Below, one piece after another: positions 1 through 9,733 of a stretch of 64,000 nucleotides of DNA. The position numbers and the translations under genes were made by a program. The stretch is from Candidatus Micrarchaeota archaeon. GTDB lineage: Archaea; Micrarchaeota; Micrarchaeia; Anstonellales; Bilamarchaeaceae. The stretch is taken from NCBI GenBank assembly GCA_043821365.1, contig JBDRCX010000006.1, positions 544,001-608,000 of the forward strand. The letters are read 5' to 3'. Position 1 is the first letter of the stretch. Every line of letters starts with the position of its first letter. The notes beneath the pieces were generated by a model that searched no databases, was not told the origin of the DNA, and saw nothing but the letters and a program-made list of their open reading frames with translations.

Positions 1-2907
1 TCTTCCAACTTTGGCCCCTCCTTCTAACATAGTATATGATGCACCTGCAATCATCCTACGTTGAGTGTCATCAAGTTCTGGCTCTTCAATTTTGGATAAC
101 TCAAGTAATATTTGTGCAGCTTCATCATACTCTTTTCTCCCTCGGTATCTGTGTATTGTTCTTATTGTTGTTATGCTTGAATGAAGTTGCAATAATGCCT
201 GTTGGCCTTGTTGGGAAAGATAAATCATTCTCAATCCTTTTTGTTCTAAAACATCTGCTTCTGGTGTGCCTGCTTTCCTCATTGTTCTTGCTTGTTGGAC
301 TAGTTCAAGTCCCCTTGAATAACTGGTACTAAATCCTTCTGCCATTGTTGTTATCCTTTCGTAATCTATCCTCTCAGCTTCTTGGGTCTGTATATCTGCT
401 TCCAGTATCCTTCCTGCTTTTTCAGCAACTGTGGCTTTCCTTTCGTGGTAACCACTTTGTGCTGTATAAGTAGCACCAATCCTTGTTTGTTGTGTTGGTG
501 TTGTTCCAATTATTTTAGAACCAGTTCGCTGGAATTCAAGTAGCATTAATCGACTATCATGTTCCTGCTGTATACTTTCAAGTGAAGCAATTCGTTTTGT
601 ATCACCAACTGGCAGAAGTGCTACTAGTTTTTCATCTTCAGAAGAATTAATTGTATTTATGAAACTATTTCCACTGATCAAAGCAGTTCCTAATGGTCCA
701 GATAGTGTTGTTGGTACAAACCTTTGTGGATTTCCCTCTTCTAAAAGCATATCAAGTATCCGGTGGTCACCAAGTGCAGTACTACCCCTATAATCGCCAA
801 GAACAGTCCTTACAAATTCTGGTATTTCCTTCTCACCTGGCTGCTTTGCTGCTCTACAATAAAGATCAGCAAGATCTCTTACTCTTTCTGCCCCTTCAAC
901 ATCCCCTCTTGCAAACAAAACCTCTGCTGCATCATAGTATGCTTGTATGTTCCTTCGTACACTAGAGCTTGGTATCCCTTCCATTCCCTTTTGTTTTCTT
1001 AGTTCTGCCTCGAGTATCCATCTGACTTTTTCTACAGGTAGACTTTCAATTTCCATTCTTGTTATCTCATCTGCTATGGTTGCTACATCTCTGTCATTTA
1101 TTGGTCTCGAGCATGCATTTGCTCCAAGGATATATACAAGAAATTCTTCTTGCGATTTATCCCCTTCTATTGCATCCTGTGCTCTATGTAAGATGTCTAT
1201 TGTTCCGTAGAAGGCCAAATCTCTTGCTTTGCCTGTGATATCAGCTACGTTGCCAAGTGTTCTCAAGGAAGGGTCCAATGTATGGATTCCATCTCCGGCT
1301 ACAAATGATGCAATCTGTTCTGGCTTTCCAAGGTAAAGTATTTGCATTCTTCCATACGCTGTTCTTTCTTTATCAGTTAATTCTTCACCATTTGCAATCT
1401 TTTCAAGTAACCTGTCCATATACTCTATCGGGCGACTGTACAAATCAGTAAGATCAATCTGTTTTTTCTGTCTTGCAGTTTCATGTAACTCAAGAATTGC
1501 AAGTTGTGTTTTGGTTATCTCAATATAAACAGCAGTTTCCTGAACATGTTCACCTGCTGTTAGTGATATGCCATGAAGCTGTGCTCGTTTTTCTGGTGTT
1601 GTTAATTTATTGGCATATAATTGGCTAAGTTCAATTTGTATTTGCATCTGAGTACTATCACTAGAAGCCATGGCAGCAAAAATTCTCTCATGAATTCCGT
1701 TGAATTGTTCTAATTGTTCTGAACTCATGGATTGATAACTTTTCAAATAAGTTTCAACTATTTTTTGTAAACCGCTTGCAGTATATACCTGTTGCAATGT
1801 TGCTTCATCTGTTTTCAAACCAACTATTGCATCATGCAGTCCACCTACTGTTGGAATTTCTTGGCTTTCAATGTCTGCAATTAGATGATCTCTGATCTCA
1901 TTTCTAACTGTTGCTTCATCTTTTCTACCAGTTACTAAGTCGTCGCTCCATGTTGCTAATTTTTTCCTAAATGCACTATCAGCAGTTTCATACTGAGCTA
2001 ATATGTATTCATATAATGCAAGCTCATCTTCTTTCAGTGTTCCTTGTTCAGCAAATTCTGTTCTCAATTCTTTAACTCTTACATACATTCCTTGGATAAA
2101 ACTTGGTGGGGCATCACGCATTCCTAAATCTTGTAGGTGCTCTATCATTCCGTCTATTCCGGCAAGCTTTTGTTGCTTTAGAATCCCAACACCATCTCTG
2201 AATCTTTGCATTACTTCTTGGAGTTCTTGATTATTTTCATCAGTAAATTCTTGTCCTGCATCTATCTGTCTCTTAAGAACTTGTGACACTTGGATGATAC
2301 CCTGTCCAAGGCTACTTTGCGGTGTTATATACTGTTTATTAGAAATAAAAAATTCTGATAATTCTATCAATCCCTTAATCCTTTTTTCAGATAGGCCATA
2401 GTCTTGGAAAGATGCACGCAATGCCTCAGTCAGTTCTTGTGGTGCATCGACAAGTCTTTTTTCAAGCGCTATTATAGTTACCAATCCAGTAAGTTTTGCT
2501 TCTGCTTCATCCATCAATTCTCTTGATTTTTCTAGCTGTCCGGTTCTCATTTCCTGTATGCTTTTATCTGCTAAACTTCTAATGCGTGCAATCTCTGGCG
2601 TATACTTGGTTAATGATTCACCATCTAATCTTTCGGATATCTGTCCATCCAATGCTCTACGTCTTTGTTCAACAGCTTCTACAGTTGGTAATGTTGATCC
2701 AAGTGCTCCTGCAGTTTCTGCAAGTTGAGTTCTAGCATGATCAGCAGCTGCAGTAGCTTCTCTTAATTCCCGTTCTGCTCTAGCACGTGGCCCTCTTCTC
2801 GGAGTTATGCTTGCCAGTCCACCTGCAACGTCTCGTACTTCCCCTACAACTCGGTCGGCCTGTCCTACAGCAAGTTCAACATCAGTTGGTCTAACCTGTT
2901 CAGCCAA
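1..2907 (-). CDS. Large hypothetical protein, at least 969 aa, runs off the window start (absent from ORF track)
   Basis: Manual translation of the minus strand is open from TTG at 2907 (preceded by AGGTGA RBS) to position 1: LAEQVRPTDVELAVGQADRVV...MLEGGAKVGR. Charged, helical-looking, no family recognised. Confidence 0.85.
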   Translation of the reverse strand, partial: MAEQVRPTDVELAVGQADRVVGEVRDVAGGLASITPRRGPRARAERELREATAAADHARTQLAETAGALGSTLPTVEAVEQRRRALDGQISERLDGESLTKYTPEIARIRSLADKSIQEMRTGQLEKSRELMDEAEAKLTGLVTIIALEKRLVDAPQELTEALRASFQDYGLSEKRIKGLIELSEFFISNKQYITPQSSLGQGIIQVSQVLKRQIDAGQEFTDENNQELQEVMQRFRDGVGILKQQKLAGIDGMIEHLQDLGMRDAPPSFIQGMYVRVKELRTEFAEQGTLKEDELALYEYILAQYETADSAFRKKLATWSDDLVTGRKDEATVRNEIRDHLIADIESQEIPTVGGLHDAIVGLKTDEATLQQVYTASGLQKIVETYLKSYQSMSSEQLEQFNGIHERIFAAMASSDSTQMQIQIELSQLYANKLTTPEKRAQLHGISLTAGEHVQETAVYIEITKTQLAILELHETARQKKQIDLTDLYSRPIEYMDRLLEKIANGEELTDKERTAYGRMQILYLGKPEQIASFVAGDGIHTLDPSLRTLGNVADITGKARDLAFYGTIDILHRAQDAIEGDKSQEEFLVYILGANACSRPINDRDVATIADEITRMEIESLPVEKVRWILEAELRKQKGMEGIPSSSVRRNIQAYYDAAEVLFARGDVEGAERVRDLADLYCRAAKQPGEKEIPEFVRTVLGDYRGSTALGDHRILDMLLEEGNPQRFVPTTLSGPLGTALISGNSFINTINSSEDEKLVALLPVGDTKRIASLESIQQEHDSRLMLLEFQRTGSKIIGTTPTQQTRIGATYTAQSGYHERKATVAEKAGRILEADIQTQEAERIDYERITTMAEGFSTSYSRGLELVQQARTMRKAGTPEADVLEQKGLRMIYLSQQGQQALLQLHSSITTIRTIHRYRGRKEYDEAAQILLELSKIEEPELDDTQRRMIAGASYTMLEGGAKVGR

Positions 2908-2915
2908 ATCTTCAC

Positions 2916-3230
2916 CTAATTTTTCGTATAACAGATATTTACAAATTCCTGCAGCATATTAATGCGTTCGTTGTAATCTCGTCTTCTATTTTTTGTAATT
3001 AAAACTTTCTTTTCCCATTCACTCAAAGCAGTGTGTAATTTTTTGTACCCCGTAAATTTTGGTTCAAGGTCTTTTGGTCTTGTTTTTGCATTATCCCATT
3101 TTGCAATTGCATCTTCAAGTACAGAAATAGTGTTATTGACTTTTTCAATAACCTTCTTTTCAACAAGATCTATGTTTGATTCATTGACTGGTTGACCAAA
3201 TTCAAAATCTTTATTCTTGTTGTTATCCAT
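2916..3230 (-). CDS. Hypothetical protein (104 aa)
   Basis: ORF track; its stop codon abuts the RBS of the downstream large ORF. Confidence 0.7.
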   Translation of the reverse strand: MDNNKNKDFEFGQPVNESNIDLVEKKVIEKVNNTISVLEDAIAKWDNAKTRPKDLEPKFTGYKKLHTALSEWEKKVLITKNRRRDYNERINMLQEFVNICYTKN

Positions 3231-3340
3231 GGTTCCCCTCTATACTCTTTGCTTATCTCTTATTTTTATATATTCCTCTCACGTAACCTTGTTTTCGATT
3301 CAACGCCAAGTTTTTTAACTGATCCCAACAAATAATTTTT

Positions 3341-3874
3341 ATGGCAAATACTCAGTCACGGCCTCCTAATTTGCGTCTTATCAAAGGTGATCACACCACA
3401 CCATTCAATCGTTCCAGAACTGAAGTTCTATTATCTGAAATTCAAACTGGTGGCCCGTCTTATATGAAAATAAGGGAACTTTCAAAACAAATAAAATCAA
3501 AAATTGCTTTTTTGGAAGCAGAATTGGCAGATGATGGGAAGAATCTTCGTAGTGGTCTTCAAAATTTCTTAGCTGTCATGGCAAGCAGTAGAAAAGATGA
3601 ACTAACTGGCAGTGGTGTTGACTTTAGGGATCCTTCTGATCCTAAAAAAGTTGCTGTTAGTCTTGTGAGTGGTGAAACAGATTCTCCTGAAGCACAACCC
3701 AAAATTGATCAAATTATAGCTAGTTGCATAGAAGTTGCAAAATCAGATGTTGAATTTTTAAGAGAAGTTCTCATCTCAACTAGAGACAAAGGTTCGGTTA
3801 CTCATGAACAATTTCCTAAATTAAAAGATATTTTAGAAAATAATAGTTATTGGCGCTTTATTGAACCAACTTAA
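3341..3874 (+). CDS. Hypothetical protein (177 aa)
   Basis: ORF fills the gap with typical composition; no family recognised. Confidence 0.7.
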   Translation: MANTQSRPPNLRLIKGDHTTPFNRSRTEVLLSEIQTGGPSYMKIRELSKQIKSKIAFLEAELADDGKNLRSGLQNFLAVMASSRKDELTGSGVDFRDPSDPKKVAVSLVSGETDSPEAQPKIDQIIASCIEVAKSDVEFLREVLISTRDKGSVTHEQFPKLKDILENNSYWRFIEPT

Positions 3875-3875
3875 A

Positions 3876-5030
3876 TTATTCAGGATGAGCAGCAGCACTT
3901 GTAACTTTTAATTGCACTACTTTTTTTGGATCAGACCACACTGGAGCTGTTTCATGTTGGTGCGTATTTTGATGGTTTTCATTATGCCCCATTGGTCCTT
4001 CATGTAATGGGTGATGTTCCTCATGATGTGTATTACCATGTCCACCATGCCAGAATCCACCAACTAATCTTGAATGTCCTGGGTGTAAATGTGCATCAGC
4101 TTCAAACACTGCTCCTTCATGATGCCCCCCATGTGAATGATGATCATGATGTTCTACATGTGCATGATGTCCTTCTATGTGGCGATGAGTACTATGATGT
4201 TCTCCGTGATTACCTTCATGATGATGTTCACTACGGTGTCCTTCATTGGTATGATGACTTCCATGATGTTCCTCATGATGTGTATTACCATGTCCACCAT
4301 GCCAGAATCCACCAACTAATCTTGAATGTCCTGGGTGTAAATGTGCATCAGCTTCAAACACTGTTCCTTCATGTGAATGATGTTCTTCATGTGCATGATG
4401 TGATCCATGCTCATGATTGTCATGATGAGATTCTCCATGTTGATGCCCTTGTTCATCATGGTGATGACCTATATGCGGTTCTCTATCCTGTGCATGATGT
4501 TGTTCATTATGAGAAGAATGTTTCTCTTGATTTCCATGTTCTGCATGAGCATGTTGTCTGTTAGGACCAGCATATAAAAGTTGGATTAAGTTTCCGTGTG
4601 TTTCATAACCAACTATTTCCACTTGTTCCTGTGCTGCTGTTTCTTTTTTTGTAGAAACACCAGTTTCGTTTTGACCTAGTTTATCAAATAGGGGAGTTGT
4701 TTTTCGTTGTTCTACATAATAATTATGTTTCATCCCACCAGTTGCTCTGTCTGCGTAGGTCCATACTCTTGCCCGCTTTCCATATGTGTATATACCTCCG
4801 CATGCTGCACGGGGGGAAATCCAGACTGTTTTTTGTTTTTTGGGTTTTTGTAGAGTGTGGTGCCCGGGTTCAATTAATCTTGGTATTTGTACTGGGTGAT
4901 GTATAAATTCAACTAACTGTGATGGGTGATACATAGCCCCAACTAGTCTTGGTCTTCGTAGTGAAGGCGGTTCAATTTTCGGAATTGGCATTTTTCTCTG
5001 CGCAATTCCAGCACTAGTCTTAATCATCAA
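3876..5030 (-). CDS. Histidine-rich protein with internal duplication, putative metal-binding
   Basis: About 67 His in a ~200-aa segment; duplicated motif VFEADAHLHPGHSRLVGGFWHGGHGNTHHEEHH. Confidence 0.8.
   Translation of the reverse strand: MMIKTSAGIAQRKMPIPKIEPPSLRRPRLVGAMYHPSQLVEFIHHPVQIPRLIEPGHHTLQKPKKQKTVWISPRAACGGIYTYGKRARVWTYADRATGGMKHNYYVEQRKTTPLFDKLGQNETGVSTKKETAAQEQVEIVGYETHGNLIQLLYAGPNRQHAHAEHGNQEKHSSHNEQHHAQDREPHIGHHHDEQGHQHGESHHDNHEHGSHHAHEEHHSHEGTVFEADAHLHPGHSRLVGGFWHGGHGNTHHEEHHGSHHTNEGHRSEHHHEGNHGEHHSTHRHIEGHHAHVEHHDHHSHGGHHEGAVFEADAHLHPGHSRLVGGFWHGGHGNTHHEEHHPLHEGPMGHNENHQNTHQHETAPVWSDPKKVVQLKVTSAAAHPE
4012..4363. repeat. 100-bp perfect direct repeat (4012-4111 and 4264-4363) inside the His-rich gene
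   Basis: Direct comparison of tgatgttcctcatgatg...cttcaaacactg; period 252 bp. Confidence 0.9.
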
Positions 5031-5090
5031 ATGACAAGTTGTTCCTGTTGCTTTTAAAACTTAATTATTGGATTTCGTTCCTTGTCGTAT

Positions 5091-5270
5091 GCGACTTTTT
5101 AGGAAAAAGTCGCCCAAAAACTAGTTAAAAAAACTCATCCTTGAACAAAGTTCAAGGTGCAAATTGTTGCTCTGCAACAATTACGTGGCAAAAAACTAAT
5201 TTGCTATTTGGAAAAAAGGTAGCACCAAAAACTCATCATTAGTAAAATTGTGCCACAAAAAACTGATTTA
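5091..5270. repeat. Intergenic array of short perfect hairpins with A-rich linkers
   Basis: gcgacttttt-agg-aaaaagtcgc (5091-5113), ccttgaac-aaa-gttcaagg (5139-5157), aattgttgc-tct-gcaacaatt (5162-5182); linkers ccaaaaactagtt and caaaaaactaatttgcta. Confidence 0.85.
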
Positions 5271-5286
5271 TTATTTGGAATACCCA

Positions 5287-5685
5287 CTAATCGTCCATAC
5301 ATCTTTGATGTCCATTAGGGCATGTCATGCTAGTGTCATCATAGAATCCTTCATCATAATTAATGTCTATACTGGCTTCTTTTTCACAATAAAGTTTATT
5401 GCACTCGGGACAATAATAGTCAAGACCCATTTTCTGTATCCATTTTTCTCTTATTAATTTATGGATTTTCAGATAATTTTTTTCTTCAATCCATTTTTTT
5501 ACTTCTACAATATCCACTTCATTAATGGTTATTGATCTCAATGGACTATAAATTGTAAATTCATTTTCTCCAAATTTTATTAATACAATTTCCTGGCCAC
5601 AGCTATCACATTTTAGTCTGTAATCAGCTTCTATTTTTGCTAATTTTTTTCTATCCTGTGTTTCATCAAATGAAGTTACTCCCAT
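5287..5685 (-). CDS. Hypothetical Cys-motif (zinc-binding) protein
   Basis: CDSC and CPEC...C...CPNGH motifs; ATG at 5685 follows a GGTGG RBS. Confidence 0.75.
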   Translation of the reverse strand: MGVTSFDETQDRKKLAKIEADYRLKCDSCGQEIVLIKFGENEFTIYSPLRSITINEVDIVEVKKWIEEKNYLKIHKLIREKWIQKMGLDYYCPECNKLYCEKEASIDINYDEGFYDDTSMTCPNGHQRCMDD

Positions 5686-5695
5686 TATTCCACCT

Positions 5696-5959
5696 TTATT
5701 TGAATGAAAGATACCACCTTTCATATTCTTTATGAGTTGCAAAACACCTTAAGATAAAAAGTCGATCATCTTCAACTTGGTAGACCAAACGCGATTGTTT
5801 GGTCACATTTACTACGTTAAAAGGCAATCCATACCGCATATGACGGCGAGTTGGCATATTAACTATCTTTTCTATGTGTTTTTTAAAATATAATCTAAGT
5901 TGCGCATCCATCTTACTAAGTTCTTCTTCAGCTAATTCTGATATGCGCACTTCAATCAT
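5696..5959 (-). CDS. RelE/ParE-family toxin
   Basis: 87 aa, MIEVRISELAEEELSKMD...SRLVYQVEDDRLFILRCFATHKEYE; directly downstream of an RHH antitoxin. Confidence 0.75.
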   Translation of the reverse strand: MIEVRISELAEEELSKMDAQLRLYFKKHIEKIVNMPTRRHMRYGLPFNVVNVTKQSRLVYQVEDDRLFILRCFATHKEYERWYLSFK

Positions 5960-5963
5960 TTAA

Positions 5964-6200
5964 TCACATATGGTATTTTTTCTTTATCTCCTCAAAGCTT
6001 TTGGTTTTGATTTTACCAGATCTAATTTTTTCCATTTCAGATTCTATGCCTTTATTGACTAGATAAACCTCTTCCTCGCTTATGGCTCTGTCATATGCAA
6101 GTAATGCTTGACGAATCACCTCAGTCTGACTACCGGCATATCCTTTATTTATCAATTTTTTGATAATTATCTCGTATGGCTCTCCCAATATAATATTCAT
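5964..6200 (-). CDS. Ribbon-helix-helix antitoxin (CopG/ParD-like)
   Basis: IIKKLINKGYAGSQTEVIRQAL pattern and C-terminal SFEEIKKKY; upstream of the RelE-like gene. Confidence 0.75.
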   Translation of the reverse strand: MNIILGEPYEIIIKKLINKGYAGSQTEVIRQALLAYDRAISEEEVYLVNKGIESEMEKIRSGKIKTKSFEEIKKKYHM

Positions 6201-6262
6201 ATCCACACCATAAACATTCAATGCACATTAGAGTTTATAAAGGATGTGTATTCACTGGTCAT

Positions 6263-7567
6263 TCAATGATCATTAAATAAATAACTTCCACAAAATTTCA
6301 AAAATTCATTTAGTTTTTCTTTTGGTATTGATGCACCTGCAGCAATTTTATGCCCACCACCAATACCACTAATTTCTAGAGTAGCTTTTTTCATCAAATC
6401 TCCAAGATTTAATCCATTTTCAACTAAAATTTTCGATCCTCTTCCAGAAACTTTTACTGTGTTATTGTCTCCAAGTGCAATTCCAATTATTGGTGTTGAC
6501 CATTTTTGCTGAAATGCCATCCCACAAACAGTTCCTATTATGCCCTCATCAATTTTTCCTCTTCCATCAAGAAAATGAAATGCACCAAAATTCTGAATGT
6601 TACCATGTGCATATTCAATTCCGCTTCTAAGCATTCTTCTATGGTGTTGTAGTAGTGCCTTTGCTTCTGCATATGCATCATGATCTCCTAAACAAACCCG
6701 TACTCCTATGTCTGGTTGGGAATGTCTGCCACATGCATTCAAAATTGTACTGAATTCGTTTGCTTCATATGTTTCATCTTTTGGTCGATTTGGAAAAATG
6801 TAACTTTCACCAACAAGTTCATTTACTTTTTTCAACTGCCCATAGTTTATCAGAATTTTTGCAAGTGCACTTATCAAATTTTTCCTTTCATTATTATTTA
6901 GATCAACATATTTCTTCCCTTCATGTTCAATTTTAAGTTCATTCAAAAGTTCAATTGCCTTATCTTCTCTATATGAAATTCCAGGTATGTAGGGGTCATC
7001 ACAGTAAGATAAAAACTGCACTAATTGTCTGCAGTATCTCCCATAAAATCTTATATCTTCTTCAATTGTAATTTCGCCTTTCTTTTTTCCATCTTCCAAA
7101 ACCCACCTATTCATACCAGAAAGCGGAGATTGCATATCACCGACTGCTCCAACAACTGCAACATCTGCCATCTCTCTAAAAACACAATAGGCAGTGGTTG
7201 CTGCACTTAATTCTGTGCCACCATCTATACCATATAATACTGGGTTAATCTGGACTTTTTCTATGCCTTCTGTTTGGTGATGGTCAATAACAATGACATC
7301 TTTCAATTCATTCACTCTTTTATTCCCGCCTCCAAGATCTACAAAAATTATTTCTTGTTCTTGTGAATAGCGCTCGATGGCAGCATCATCTAGTTTTTTT
7401 ATTGCCTCTCTTCTGAATTTTTGATTATTTTTCAAAAATGCTTTTGCAACTATTGCACCTGAACTTAATCCATCTGCATCATAGTGGTGAACAATGATCG
7501 GATCTTTGAATGAAAGAGCCAGTTTTCTAGCTTCTTCACATTTTTCTAAAAATTCAGGATGTTCCAT
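6263..7567 (-). CDS. recJ: RecJ/GAN-like DHH-family exonuclease (DHH + DHHA1)
   Basis: Motifs HHYDADG, FVDLG, IDHH, AVVGAVGD and C-terminal GGGHKIAAGA. Confidence 0.85.
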   Translation of the reverse strand: MEHPEFLEKCEEARKLALSFKDPIIVHHYDADGLSSGAIVAKAFLKNNQKFRREAIKKLDDAAIERYSQEQEIIFVDLGGGNKRVNELKDVIVIDHHQTEGIEKVQINPVLYGIDGGTELSAATTAYCVFREMADVAVVGAVGDMQSPLSGMNRWVLEDGKKKGEITIEEDIRFYGRYCRQLVQFLSYCDDPYIPGISYREDKAIELLNELKIEHEGKKYVDLNNNERKNLISALAKILINYGQLKKVNELVGESYIFPNRPKDETYEANEFSTILNACGRHSQPDIGVRVCLGDHDAYAEAKALLQHHRRMLRSGIEYAHGNIQNFGAFHFLDGRGKIDEGIIGTVCGMAFQQKWSTPIIGIALGDNNTVKVSGRGSKILVENGLNLGDLMKKATLEISGIGGGHKIAAGASIPKEKLNEFLKFCGSYLFNDH

Positions 7568-7621
7568 ACCTACTTTCTTGCAAGTGTCTAATTTAAAATA
7601 AATTTCATTTATCATCCATCC

Positions 7622-8140
7622 ATGATCCAAAATATTTTGTTGAATTTGATATTGGCTATAGTGAAAGTTATTGCCGGAATAACGTTGTCTATAAATGCTG
7701 CCTACATGGGTATGTCTCTTCTTGACAAAATCACTGCATCAATAGATGAATGGAAAGAAATCAAAAAAGGAAATACTGCAGTTGGTATTCTTTATGCTGG
7801 TGCCATACTTTCGGTAATAATACTCGCAGAGCCTCAAATTTATGATTTTGTAAATGCAATACAACTTGATTTTGGAGCACAATATCTTTTGGGAAGTCTT
7901 GCATTTGGACTTGCCAACTACCTTGTTTCAGTTCTTCTAGGAATAATAGTAGTCTATCTTTCTATTCATGCAATTGATAGACTTTCAGGAGATCTTGAAG
8001 AACTCAAAGAACTAAAAAAGGGCAATGTTGCAATTGCAGTAATCATGGCAGTCATACTAGTTGCAATTGCATTTTCACTAAGAGCACCATTTGAATCAAT
8101 ATTTGAAACAATAAAGTCAATGGAGTCGTTAATTCTATGA
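7622..8140 (+). CDS. DUF350-like membrane protein
   Basis: Two repeats of (D/E)EWKEIKKGNxAV / EELKELKKGNVAIA between hydrophobic helices. Confidence 0.75.
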   Translation: MIQNILLNLILAIVKVIAGITLSINAAYMGMSLLDKITASIDEWKEIKKGNTAVGILYAGAILSVIILAEPQIYDFVNAIQLDFGAQYLLGSLAFGLANYLVSVLLGIIVVYLSIHAIDRLSGDLEELKELKKGNVAIAVIMAVILVAIAFSLRAPFESIFETIKSMESLIL

Positions 8141-9576
8141 AAATTCAAAAGTCAAATTTTTCTGAATGGTATAATACCATAATCAAAGAAGCACAACTTT
8201 GTGATCTGCGCTATGGCATCAAAGGCTTTGTAGTGTTCATGCCTTGGGCAGTCATGTCAATGAATAGAATGTATTCCATGTATGAAACTGCATTGGAATC
8301 CCGTGATCATGTGCCTGCTCTTTTTCCTGCACTAATTCCAGAACAATATTTTACTCGAGAAAGTGAACATGTGAAAGGTTTTATACCAGAAGTATTTTGG
8401 GTTACTGAAGCAGGCGGAAGTAAAACTGAAGAAAAGTATGCAATGCGACCAACTTCAGAAACTGCAATGTATACCATGTATGCTTTGTGGATTCATGGCA
8501 AAACTGATCTCCCACTAAAATTATATCAAAGATGTCAAGTCTGGAGACACGAAACCAAAGCAACCAAACCATTTATTCGTTCAAGAGAATTCCATTGGAT
8601 AGAAGCACACAATTGTTTTGCAACACGTGAAGAAGCAATGGCACAAGTTAGGGAAGATATGGGAGTTGCAGAAGAGGTTATTCATAATCAATTTGGTGTT
8701 CCATTTTTGTTTTTCAAAAGACCACAGTGGGACAAATTTGCAGGTGCTGAAGATACTTATGCAGCAGATACTTTGATGCCAGATGGCCGTGCGTTGCAGT
8801 TGCCATCAACACACATGCTTGGTCAGCATTTTTCAAAAGCATTTGGAATAAAATATGCAGATGAAAAAGGAATTGATCAGTATGTTTGGCAAACATGTTA
8901 TGGTCCGTGTATTTCGCGAATTTATGCTGCAGTAATTGCAACTCATGGTGATGATAAAGGACTTGTACTTCCAATTAGGTTAGCCCCTGTTCAAGTTGTA
9001 ATCATTCCAATTATCAAAGAAGGAACAAGTGAAGTTATAATGGCAAAATGTCATGAAGTGAAAAATAAAATTGAATGTTGTTTTGTTGTTAAAATTGATG
9101 ATTCTGAAAAAACACCTGGATTCAAATTTAATGAATGGGAAATGAAAGGAGTTCCATTGCGTATAGAAATTGGAATGCGTGATCTTGAATCAGAAAGTGT
9201 TGTTGTTGTGCGGAGAGATAGTGGTGAAAAACAATCTGTAAAAATAGAAGAACTTGAAGAAACTCTGCACAAACTTGCTGAATCTATGGAAATAAATCTG
9301 AGAGAAAAATCAGACAAATTCTTTTCTGATAAACTTTCATCTGCTGCAACATTGGAAGAGCTTGGTAAGAAATTAGAAAGTGGCCATGGTTTTGTTCGTG
9401 TGCCATTTTGTTCTGATCAAATGTCTGCAGAAAGCTGTGCTAACATTGTGAAAGATAAATGCCAGGCAAATGTCAGGGGATCACTTTTTGGTTCTGATGA
9501 AAAACCAGAAAAAGAAAAATGTCTTGGTTGCGGTGCCCCCGCAACAATTTATCTTTATGTTGCAAGACAATATTAA
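8137..9576 (+). CDS. proS: Proline--tRNA ligase (archaeal/eukaryotic type)
   Basis: FSEWYNTII, MRPTSET, TKPFIRSREFHWIE, QTCYGP; C-terminal Cys domain ending YVARQY. Confidence 0.97.
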   Translation: MKIQKSNFSEWYNTIIKEAQLCDLRYGIKGFVVFMPWAVMSMNRMYSMYETALESRDHVPALFPALIPEQYFTRESEHVKGFIPEVFWVTEAGGSKTEEKYAMRPTSETAMYTMYALWIHGKTDLPLKLYQRCQVWRHETKATKPFIRSREFHWIEAHNCFATREEAMAQVREDMGVAEEVIHNQFGVPFLFFKRPQWDKFAGAEDTYAADTLMPDGRALQLPSTHMLGQHFSKAFGIKYADEKGIDQYVWQTCYGPCISRIYAAVIATHGDDKGLVLPIRLAPVQVVIIPIIKEGTSEVIMAKCHEVKNKIECCFVVKIDDSEKTPGFKFNEWEMKGVPLRIEIGMRDLESESVVVVRRDSGEKQSVKIEELEETLHKLAESMEINLREKSDKFFSDKLSSAATLEELGKKLESGHGFVRVPFCSDQMSAESCANIVKDKCQANVRGSLFGSDEKPEKEKCLGCGAPATIYLYVARQY

Positions 9577-9594
9577 TTTTTTTATTTAAAAAAG

Positions 9595-9667
9595 TAGCCC
9601 CGAGCGGATTCGAACCGCTGTCAATGGATCCAAAGTCCACTATCCTTGACCGCTAGACGACGGGGCT
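9595..9667 (-). tRNA. tRNA-Gln (anticodon UUG), intronless
   Basis: Reverse complement AGCCCCGTCGTCTAGCGGTCAAGGATAGTGGACTTTGGATCCATTGACAGCGGTTCGAATCCGCTCGGGGCTA folds into a cloverleaf with an A1-U72 pair typical of archaeal tRNA-Gln. Confidence 0.96.
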
Positions 9668-9733
9668 AGTTAAATCTTAATCGCTTTGTTATGCAAAATG
9701 ATTATTACAAAGCACAGAACAGATTTTAATTGA

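Noticed and set aside
36-2230. Several short plus-strand ORFs
   Set aside because: They lie antisense to the continuous 969-codon minus-strand ORF.
3926-4564. 212-aa plus-strand ORF rich in His, Asp and Val
   Set aside because: Antisense shadow of the His-rich gene's CAT/CAC codon periodicity; there is no independent RBS or family signal.
5091-5270. Possible CRISPR array
   Set aside because: There are no identical 25-40 bp repeats at regular spacing and no cas genes; the palindromes differ from each other.
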